64,000 bases of DNA from Phoronis australis (taxonomy: Eukaryota > Animalia > Phoronida), in assembly GCA_002633005.1 (NCBI GenBank), contig NMRA01000524.1:126381-190380 (forward strand), in the 5' to 3' direction. Shown here one piece after another: positions 50,701 through 62,700 of this stretch. Both the position numbers and the translations under genes were made by a program. Every line of letters starts with the position of its first letter. The first letter of the stretch is position 1. Under the pieces are notes generated by a model that was given only the letters and a program-made list of their open reading frames with translations, made no database searches and was not told the DNA's origin.

Positions 50701-53700
50701 TAAAATTGAGAGAACTGTATGTCTTTCAGTAAGATTCCCACTTAAACATTTATTGCAACAAAATTTGGTTATATTGGTGATGTGTTTTTTTATGAAAGAA
50801 CTTTTCTTTTTCGTTAAATTACACTAAAAGACACTGTCCCGTGAAATCGATGGCAGACAAACATGAAGTCAAAATTAAAATTACGTTTTACTTTAAGAAA
50901 CTAGTATGTACTTTTACCGGTTATAGTTTTGTAGATGCACATCCTACATAACCTTCAGTTATTATCACTTGACTACTGGGGAAGCAATGAAATTTTGGAG
51001 GACCAAAATTAACTTTTGTGATGAAAATACCCCTTAGCAAGGTCAGTCAAGTTGATCCTGTGGCTGGAGCAATGAAGAGGGAGTTTGATTGAACCACTTC
51101 AGCTTGTGTAGTATACACAGCAAACAGCTTCAAGAAATATTTAGTCTGACCAATCAAGTGAAAAACCTCTGTTCTTAGTATTGAATGCCAGTATTGTACA
51201 TTGGGGAACTGACCAAGACATTCATAAACCAAAATCATTCCCTCAGTTCCTGACTGGACTGCAAGAAAGCTAATAAACAGTCGCCCATTTTAAGACCAGT
51301 CACCCAGAAATAACAGTATTCAATAAAGGCTATATCTAGACCATCACAAGGATATAATGGGGTGTTTGCAACAAATAACAATGACAATTTATGGTCCCAG
51401 AAGCATGTCTGACCTATATACAAGTAATAACCACCCCACAAACACACACACCTGAGCCACGTCAGCATTAAGATCAGATCAGCATTAAGCTCAGACGTGT
51501 CACTGTCAGTGTGCACAGAGAAGAAGATGGCAACAGCTGGCAAGATTGGTGTGGTGCTGATGGTGGTGGCAATGAGCCTGGGCATGGCGACAGCCTTCAA
51601 GATAGCTGCCTTCAATACACAGAGCTTTGGAGAAAAGAAAATGGAAGACCCGAGCATTTTGGGAGTCCTTGTTGAGGCAAGTAATGCCTAAATAATGCAG
51701 ATTTGTGCTGATAAGGAAGTAATGTATATGCAATGGGTGTTTTGAATGTAACATATGGCAGTTGAAAGAAAGTAATTTGATTGCCTGTTCCAACAAGCTC
51801 TGGTTCACACTCAGATGTATTAGGGGGCGATATGTCATTATACTCAGATGTATGATGGGACAAAATGTTATTATATTGCCCTTTATAGCTGCAGTGCAGG
51901 TGTCACCAGCCTATTACTCCTCATTGTTTTCAGCCTCCCACTAACTTCCATCATTAACACAGTCAATGTTCAGACGATGAGGGCTTCATAGGTTGAGAGT
52001 ATGAAGTAAGCCAGACATTTAATGATAAGTAGCACACTACAAAAATGACCAAATTTGGTTAACTTCATGATAACATATCTCAGAAATAACTGATCAGATT
52101 CTTAGAAACTTTCAGATAATATGTTAATGCACTATTCTCCAAAACAGTGTTGGAAATTGTTTTAAAATGTTCCACTTTTGGATGAAGGGCTATCAAATAT
52201 CTATAGGAGTTTCATGATTTTCAAGAAAAACTCTGAAATTGCATATGATATGAAAGCGAAATGATAATCGTAACAGGATTTTTGAGATCTCATCTTAAGC
52301 ATTTTCATCAAATACAATTTAATCATGATATTGATACTGTTGTTTTGCTACCTATATGCCTTTCTTTTAACTATATTTTATTAAAAGAAATCAAGGTCAA
52401 ATGACCCAATCAATGGCAGATTGGTAAAAATTAGAAAATAAAATTCTCTACTTTCAGAAAATAGAAACATTTACTTAGTAAGGTCCTACATGTAAACCAA
52501 GTATGCTATTATAGCTCAACAATTGCAATCACAGTAATTTGTCCATAAGTTTGGGAAAATTTTTACAAGTTTAAATGACCGTCTGGACAGAGATTATCTC
52601 TGGTCACAATCTTCAACACTTTCATTGCCTTAGTCATAAAGTCACCCCCCCCCCCCGATATGCTCAATCATTACAAACATGACTGTCATCAAATATGACG
52701 TAACTCCAAACATCAGACCAAAATTGTTATAACTGAAATATGAAAAGTGATCTTTCCAGGTGATACAACGTTATGACATCATCTTACTGCAAGAAATCAA
52801 AGATGTTACCGGGGAATTGCTGGGAGAGATCAGAGAAATGGTCAACCAGTAAGTGTTGCCAAACAATATCATGCACAAGCAATGTCTCGGGCTGAAACTC
52901 CGTGCTGCAACTCCTCGTATCGGCATAACCACAGACAGCAAGAATAAAACTGGGATCATGACAAAATAGCAATCAAACCTATGCCGATTTTCAGACTACT
53001 CCGTTCATCACAAGGATACTAAAAATATAAAGTAGAACAAAGCATTCCAGAGATTCAAACAGATTTGATCTTGATTTTGTCACAATCTTACTTTTATTCA
53101 TGCAGTCTATGGTTATGCTATACGGGGAATAGCTTTCACGCCTATCTGTGGCAGACAAGGCAATGATTTCTAACATTGTTGAAGCATTAGGACAAGCTGT
53201 ACAGAACTTTCAGAACAAATTCCACCATTCTACACTAAAAATTGATTTTGAACTAATAATTCTCAGTATAACTTCATCTGCATGTAGATCCTATATTTCA
53301 GGCAGACAGATGGCCGATATGGTATGCGAGTGTCCGAGGAACTTGGCAGATCCAAGTCAAAACAACGTTATGCGTTTTTCTTCAGGTAAATAAAAAGTTC
53401 TAACCACCAAATTTACAATTATTATTACTTACAATGTCATGCCAGGGTGAGTTTTAAAGTCACAGGATTGTTCACCTGACACATCATCACACAATCAAAA
53501 CGTTATAACAAAAACTGATAATCATACTTAAAGCAGTCCATCACAGCCACCCCTATAACAATTATTCAATGGGCCACATAATCTTGTCAAAAATAATGAA
53601 AACCTAGAAAAAGACTTGTAAAACTAAGTAATAACCAAAAAGGATTCCCAATTTAATTTCCAACAGATGTCTTTATTGAAACTAGATTAAGCGATGTTTA

Positions 53701-56700
53701 GCCAACATGACCTTGGGACATTCCGTTTTCACACAACGGGGAGTTTTAAATATCGCGATTTATTTTTGTGAGGACCTATAAATCGAGTCCTAAAACAAGA
53801 TAATTAAAGTTAACGCTTCCTTTTTATTTTCTATAGCGATACCGTTATTGGAATGGAGCTGACATGTGTGAGTAATGGCAGGTTAACAAACTACTCAATC
53901 AATCTTATTTCATCTTGTTTTCAAGATGGCCATTTTTCAAATGCCGAACAGTGCTCGATATTATTTTAAATGTTAGGTGGGACACTTCTAACTTGAATGT
54001 TTCGTTTCCAGGAAAGACAAAGGCGTAGAGATACCCGACACATATCAGTATGACGACGGTGAAGACAAAAGATGTCAGTTGATAAAGGAGGATGGGCAGA
54101 CGGAGAAGGTGTTGAAATGTTTCGACGCCTTCGAAAGGGAGCCATTTGCGGTCCGAGTCACCTCTACAGATACACGTAAGTCTCTAATGCCTACATGAGC
54201 ACTGGGTTGAGGAGACACGACCAAAAAATTGATAATGCCATGTATTTTTAGGGGTAATGCAAATTATATCGAAACTTCAGAGTGACAAAATATTTAAGCA
54301 GTAACTTTCGAAAAAATAACTGTTTTCCTAGCTGTACTGAAGTTATGTAGAAAATTGTGTAGAATATAATATGTATTGATGTATTAGTCAAATTCAGATT
54401 TTCAGTACAATTTATAAACTCATCAAGCCACCATGATAAATTTTCTGAGTAATGAGGATTTTGCTTACAAGAAAATACCGTGCGTTATCGCTCAAGGATA
54501 TTCTTCAAAGACTTGTCTCTACTAGTACATATAACCGCAGAGATAGAACTGGCAATCAACAGCAATATTTTCCACTAAACTTTAACATGCGCTTTGAAAC
54601 TGCTTTAAACCCATCACCGCTGTCAAAAGCCTAATTTCTGATTTGTACTGATGCTTACTAATAAAAACATTCAATTTGTTCCGTACTTTGACGAGACAGG
54701 ATTTTTGTACTCCAGAAGATCCTACAGTTCGGTATTACTTGAGAACATGCTCGATAATTTGGCGTCATTTAATGTGCCGAGAATGACTTCAAGTATTGAT
54801 GTCAGCAAGCAGTGAAGTTCTGTCTATGTCAAGAAATAACTCAACAAGACTAGGTTTACAGTAAACCAAATCAAAATGTAGTTTCTTCAACAAAAGGCAC
54901 AGGCTTTAGCACAACTTTAAAATTGTCAACATTGAAAATTAAGTGACCAATGTGAAACTCATTGCAGTGGTACACGAGTTTGCTCTCATCGCCTTACACA
55001 CAAGAGCAGACGACGTGATCAATGAGCTGAATCACATGCCACAGGTTGTGGACAGCGTCATGGAAGCATGGGGCGTGGAAAATGTCGTAATCCTGGGTGA
55101 CCTTAATGCCGGCTGCGACCATATCAAACCAGAAGACTGGTCAAAGGTCAAGCTGAGGAATGACCACACGTACACTTGGTTCATAGATGATGATGTTGAT
55201 ACAACAGTGAGCAACACCACCTCTTGTGCATATGACAGGTATGAAATACACTAATGGTAAATACTCTCACTCAAAAGTTGGGGGCAACCACTCTTCAAAG
55301 ATGATCGAGAGAACTTATTCTAAATTAATTGTCTCTCGACAAGTAGATAAAGCATGGGCCTAATTTGACATTTAATTTTTTTGCGGCTGCATTTTGTGCT
55401 GTTCAGCTAGCTAAAAACGAAAATTATTTAGGCCTTTAACTCTAATAAGATTGATCTCATAACATTCCTTTCCCTGACAGGACTCTATTTTTGTTACAAA
55501 CTAAAGTCACAAGCAATGCTGATTTCAAGTCAAAAGCGATAATGGATACCTTCGACATGGTTAAATTCACTATTTAAAGTTGGCCAACTCCAATAAACTC
55601 TGAAGCGTTTCCTCGAGTATTTAATGGTTTTAACATGGTAGCTGGAATGGAATGGAATTGTATCACTATAAGGAATATTATGAGACCCATTTCATGAGAG
55701 TAATGGGTTTAATTTGATTTGTCAAAATCCCAGTTTTTCAAAATTGTGAAGATGAACAGCAGACGACTCTTGTAGCAAAATGAGACATCGAAAATGTCTG
55801 ACCTGAAATACTAGCACTGCTGATTTTTGGCTTATTTTTTAAAAATGTAGCTTCATGCCTTGACTAACAATAAAAGCATTAGACTTAACAGTCATGGATC
55901 TAACAGGTTCATCGTGCGTGGTCACCAGTTCATGGAAGCCATCGTGCCACACAGTGCAAAAGTGTACGACTTTGTGGCTGACTACCAAATGGCCGAGACC
56001 GAAGAGAGTGAAACAAATGTAAGTCACGTGTTATATTATGCTTCAAAACATGAACACTTGACGTCTACTAGACATAAGTTTTCAGACAACATGACCCCGA
56101 ATTCCCCGTCACGACGACTGGGCGGAAAGTGAATTCATTGTCTGCCTCACAGCAGCTTTCCCCCAGGACCGAGAATGAAGGGGAATAACAGAAAGTTAGT
56201 AAGACGGATTAAATAATTCTGTAATTAGAATTTTGCAGCCTTAACAGTTACTACCAGTGTTAATTATTAATTGTTAATGGTAATTTTTGCTGTTCACAGA
56301 ATAAGCCGTCATGTTGCAGTAATTCATGGTTTGAGACAAAAATAGCTGTGTTTATGTCTTGGGCTATTCCACAATATCTGTCCTCTCAGTTACACACAAT
56401 AACACTTCACTTCGAGATTCACTTCCACTCAAATCTACTGATATGGTGACTGCCACAGCTTCACCATGAGGAGACGAAAAATTGCAGTCTACTAATAAAA
56501 TCGAATGAATGCTCTATTCCTTGATTTTTTCTTGTAATGGATGTGACAAATACCATGGAATCGTCCAAATGTAGTTGTTTTAAGGTATAGCATTGTTTTT
56601 ACTATTCCTCAGTACGAGAACGTCAGCGACCATTACCCCATACAAATATGTTTGAAAAAGGCAGACGGCACTATACCGGAGGAATCATGTAATGAAATGG

Positions 56701-59700
56701 CAGCGCCGATAGACGATCTTGAATTTGTGAAACAGGGTATGGATTCATACGGTGAAGGTCACGACAAAGAGACACCTGGTGAGAGTGAGATACCGGCCAA
56801 AGAAGAACTCTGAACTAATTAGCAAGATCTCCTGTGCCGTGTAGATAAATTAGAAAATATTCAAACATGATCCTTTTTACAAATGGTTTTTACCACATAA
56901 TACCATTACCATAAGCAGGGGCGGATCAATGATTTTATCAAAGATGGGTATACTCAATCAGACGTCTTTCCAGAAATTGTTTAGTAAGGGGGGGGGGGTA
57001 AATCTTTGAACCCCTCCCTCATAGATCAGCCACAGATAAGTCAGAGATCCCAAAGCGTTGATAACAGTACAGAAATGTTAACAACGGGATATGTAATATA
57101 TCCCGTTCTTAAATTGTGCAATTATTTCACCACAATTTAGTGTTGGACACCAGCATCAAGCAAGACAGAAATTCCATTAAGATTTAGTTACTGAACTGGG
57201 CTAAGTTTTATAAAGGTTGCAAGTCCAGTCATAGCTAAGATGGTCGTTATTGTAAACGCGACACTGCATTTTTCATAATGAGAGAAAAACATTATTTTCA
57301 ACTGCCGTTAAGAGGTGACCACCTCTGTCACACAAGACCAGATTGGCAACCTTTGATAAAACGAATCCCCTGATGTTCTCATGTGGGTCGACGAGTATGT
57401 ATGAAAATTGTGTACGACAAGAAAACTTTCAAGTTAAATAAAAATTCTTAACTGAATGGGTTTTTTTTTTCATGAAAACCTTATTAGCAGACAGCATGTA
57501 AACAGGAGATAATACAAAATCCAAACTGACAGACACCGAAGATGTAAGGTAAAATCTCACGAATTTCCCACAAAATAATTGCAAAAAATGTTGATCCTGG
57601 ATTTGGGGTCAAATATTTCAAATGTCACAGTAACTGACAAATGAATAAAGTTCTTTGACCCATTATTACAAATGACATCTCAGTTCCGATGCACTAAATG
57701 TAGTTATAAAATGCACATGGCATGGAGCAAAGTACCACTTTTTACCAACAATAAACATAGTACGAGGAAGACAGAATGACTTCTCACAAACTATATGGCT
57801 GCTTACAGCACACATTAGAAAAAGTAATCAAAAGTGTTCCCAAGGACCATCATGGCTAGTTATCCCAATGCCTCTGGTGGCGAACATCGCTTGCACCAAG
57901 CCATAACGACGGAATTTTGCCACGTTATTTTTGGAGCCAGTTTCATAAACCAACATACTGATGAGTGACAGCTGGTGAAATCACGTGAGATCACGTGCTT
58001 CACGTGTTTTCATGGTGATATCTCACGAACAATGCCTGATCTTGCCAAATGCGCAAGAAACAAGCCTTGTGGAACACAGCCCTGTACAGATGGAAGACGA
58101 TACATATCCACATCAAACTCACTTTTTAATCATATTCTTGGTATGCCAGACCGAGGGAAAGGCATCCTTGAGCACCGATTTGTAGTTCCTGTTCAGGTCA
58201 CGACCAGTCAACGAGCACCGGTAGTTGCCGACAATGACCCCGTCAGGGTTGAGCATGGGCACAATCTTGAACACGAACGTGTCACGGAGAAGCTGTAGAT
58301 AAGTGAGAAAAGCACTCAAAAATGATGTAAAGTTCCTTACAGACTTTGTATGAGAATGGGAAGATCAACAGTGAACACCTCATCACAAACATCTCCCTTA
58401 AAGGGATAATCCCTGCAGGAAAGCAATTTTACACGAATTAGCAGTAGCATGGGATCGCACTCCGCAAAAGCAGCCAAACGCTCTACCACCAAGCCAAATC
58501 CAACGCGTGAAATTGCAGAGTACATTGACGATATTTAAATGGTAGACACCAGGCTTGATTTCAGCAAATGTCAGAAAAAAAAAACAGTGAGAATTGGCGA
58601 TTTGTAATGATCACAAATGCACAATGGATGATATCCTAATTTTGTTATCCGAGTGTAAATAAAAAATCTGAGACGCATTTCCTTGAGCAATAAAATAACA
58701 GTTCATAAACAAAGTAACGTGCAGTTTAGATTTAGCAATTCACGTTCAACGTGAAAAACAACAATTTTTTAAAACAATAAGAGACAGTGTGATTATATAT
58801 GGCTGATGGTATTTAAGATTTTTCGGTAATCAAGGATTCCAAAAATATATACTTTTATGGCTTGAAAATGGACAGTTAAAAAGAAAATTTGATGAACCGA
58901 GAAAGGACACCACGAAAACTGACAATTACCTTAAACTATGCGATTTTGTCCATTCTACGTACTTTTCACATTTTCACATGTAGGCAAAGCATCATGCAGA
59001 GTAATCTGTTCTACACACATTTATGGTACAGTAAACTCTTACTATAATCTTGGACAAAAATAATTGCCAAAAACTTCCTTTCATTATCTTCCAAGGAATT
59101 AAAGCATTGTTGTAAATGCCCACAATTTTCAAAACATTTCTGGTGGTAGATGTTGCTCAAAACTAAAATGGAAAATAATATGACTTGATTACACGTACAG
59201 TAAAACTTCACTAGTCGGCCATATTGTGTCATACATTCATGAGATTTTACAAACTATAGAGTACACAGTTACGAACATTCCCTAACAGCAAACGCCAATA
59301 ATACCTTGGCATCAGCCGAGTTGCCATTCAAGTAGTCGATGAGCCCTTTCATCATCCAGCTGCTGTTTGTCTCCCCTGGGTGGACGCGTGCTGTCACCAC
59401 AACAGCTTTCTTATTCTGTCAAAAGATGGCACCACTTTAACTGGATCAGTGATTCAGTGGTTTGAAAGTTTAATAATGTTGCTCATTTCCTGACTATGGT
59501 CAAAGTTGTTTAATTTAGACATGAACAAATTTATACATTGATGCTTAAATTTAAGTACAAGTGTCCTCAATTTAAGTGCAAGTGTCCCCAATTCTGAGTT
59601 CACACAGGACTGTAATCGTTCATAATTATCCAATCCACATGCAAAAACATAGAATTTACAGCTGAAGCTAAAATCAATATTTGCTCGATTATTAAGTTAT

Positions 59701-62700
59701 TGTGTTTCAAGTCATTGAATATTTCCCGCGACATTAAATTCAAATCGTGCAGAAAACAACGCATTACAAGCCATCAGTCAATTCCCCAGGATATTACCTT
59801 TGCCTTTTCAGTATCTTCCGTGGCTGCAGTAATAGTCAACAAGTACACTAGATTGCCAGCCAGGGTTCGACACAGTACACGCTGTTTACAGATCTTAGAC
59901 ACGACAGGATCATTGGCAATATTTGCAATGTAGTCCTGCAATGAAAAAGGGAACTTCAATTGTCACGTTTGATCAATTTAAAGGAGTACGGTAACATCTC
60001 GCCGATTTCAGACACAAAATTGTCAAAATTGCCTTTCCCCTTTTTTCAAAGGTTTCTAACATTGAAAGACTCTCTGTGATTCCTTTAATTTTTTGCTTTG
60101 AGTGCAGTTGATCTGTTTTTGTTACGGTTCAAACATTGTTGCGAGCATCCACAACTTCTCAAAATATCACATGGTATATATGGTAGAGAAGTTGAACATG
60201 AAATACCATGAATTTGGTGCTACATATCTTTAAGTAGAAAAAATGAGAAAATTTAAAATTTCACTTATCAGCCATAACTTGTCCTAAACTGGTGAGATTT
60301 TCAAAATACAAGAGCTTTTGTTATATGTAAAAATGAAAGCTTGTCTTTACTAGGTGGTCCTGAAATTTGCATTTATAATAATTGTTGGAATTTTTGAAAT
60401 TGATCACCCTGTGAAAGTCACTCTGGATTTACACTCGAGTTGATAGTACAAGCAACCGTTTGGTCAAAAATAACTTTTGATACGGTCCACTCAAGGTGAC
60501 AAGACTGGTCTCAGCTGGTAGTCTCATACTTAGATAACTTCAGGGTGTAGGAACAATTGGAATTTCTTTATTGCTTGAGACCAAACTCAATAAGTCATGT
60601 AATTTACTTGCCATGCAAGGATTCAACTACTAAGTTCTTTCAAACCCTAAATTCACGTCTCACTTGGGTAAGGAATAAGTTGAGACCAACTTCATAATGT
60701 TAACTGTCTAAATCAAAAAGTTAATATTTGTTTGACGGAAGGCAGATCTATCGCAGCTTTAAGGGACATGAAACACAAAAAAATCAAACCAGAACAGTTT
60801 CCTCCCAGATTCCGAGAAAAAATCTGAAAATTTGAAGAATGCAACAAATGACTGTAGTCAAAATCCATCACACGCTCCCCAAAAGCATGAAGTCCAAATA
60901 TGGCGACACTGGTGCGTGTGTGACCTCTAAAGTGACCTCCACCTAGTTCACTGACATTCTAAATCTGACCTGTACAATTACACAAGCCACTCACCTGGAG
61001 ATCTGAGTAGGTGTAGGGGTAACAGTGAGAGATGTAACAGGTATCTTTGTCATAAGGGAACTCAACCACAAACGTCAGTGCATAATAACTCTTTTCACCC
61101 TTGCCTGAAGGGTACCTGTAATCATTATTAATCATAGGTTCACTCGACGCTCCAACATTCTCCATAACAATGAGTACATCACAAACTTGAAACGTGAACA
61201 ACCAATAGCATCAATACACTCCGGTGTTCATGAGGTAAAAATCACAATCAAACTACAGGCCAATTGTGTTTCAGAAATTTCATGGCCGGTGCCATAGCAC
61301 TATAAATTGATCAATTCTTGTGTTTCAGCTTACTTTGAAACTTACTTAGAAAAAAAAGTGTTAAATATTTAGACATCAGTACTGAAATTTTTAAATAGCG
61401 GAACTTACTCAGTGACAACCCTATCAATATCAAACTCACCAATCATATAAAGTGGCTATAAACCCACGTTTCGTCCAAGAGATGAAATTTTGATATAGAC
61501 AGTTTCCCGGTATAAAATTGGTCCAAGTTTGTTCCTTACTCAGACAGAAGGGTTTGTAAATAATTGACATTTTGTCACTTTTAGTGCCTGGTCTCCAGCA
61601 GTAACAAACCCTCCGTTCTTTCAAAATCATAATCTGTTTTGGGATCATAGAAGATGTGTTTGTAGCCACTTATAAAGAGAAAGCATCCTTCTACACAACC
61701 CTTCCTCAAGTAACCCTTCAACCTATCCTACTTACTTGTGTGTAGTTTTATAATACTTAATCTCTGTGCCCGCTCTCAGCCAACCCTGGTTCTTGTCTAA
61801 TGCCTTCTGCTCACTGTACATAAGAGGCCTCATGCCATCGTTATACAGACTGTCGGGCTGTGAATGGACAAATCAGATGGTTAAACTGATGGGCTATGAA
61901 TGAACAGCTTGTATCTCATGGTTATGTAGACTATCAGGTTGTGAATGGAGTTTTCACATTGGTACAGAATGTGCTTTGATTGGACAGTATGTATCACATG
62001 TTTACAGGTTGTAACTGGACACCAGATATCACATGGGCACAGATTGTCCTGCTAAGATTGGACAATGCATACCACATGGTTGTAGACTGCCAGGCTGTGA
62101 ATGGACTATTCACATTGCTACAGACTGTCACGCTTTGATTGGACAGTATGTATCACATGGTTACAGACTGTCAGGCAGTGAATGGAGAATTTACATGGCT
62201 ACAGATTGTCGGGCTATGATTGGACAGTAGGTATCATATGGTTTCAGACTAGCGGGCTGTAATTGGGCAGTAGACATCACTTAGTTATTGACTGTCACTT
62301 TGAGAATGGAGAAATCACATATAGTTACAGTCCATTGAGCTATTGATTGGACAGCAGATATCACGAGGTTACATACTGCTAGACTGTGAAATATCACACG
62401 CTTTTAGACTGCCAGGCAATGGGCAATATTGCACAAACACCATGGAAAAACTGAGTACTGTCTAAAGAAATTTCAAGTCAAAATATCAGCTAGAGTGGTT
62501 TAAAACAGTCACTTTGGAAGCATTTAAAACATGAACTAGAAAATGTAGTTTGTTTAAACACAACTGACTATGTTAGAAATACAGCCCAGTCCGTGTGTTT
62601 TTGCACTCGTTGTCCACTAACCTTCATAAAGTTGACAATAGTTAGCCTGTATGGAGTCTTGGCACGTGTGTTTGATACGCGGAAGTAGAACCACTGTGTG

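Noticed and set aside
51440-51464. ERSE (CCAAT-N9-CCACG) in the DNase promoter
   Set aside because: CCACG is present but there is no CCAAT at the required spacing; only the UPRE-like reading is retained.
57975-58298. Plus-strand 107-aa ORF and other ORFs antisense to AGBL or DNase exons (e.g. 51235-51657, 44802-45059)
   Set aside because: Shadow ORFs on the opposite strand of genuine coding exons.
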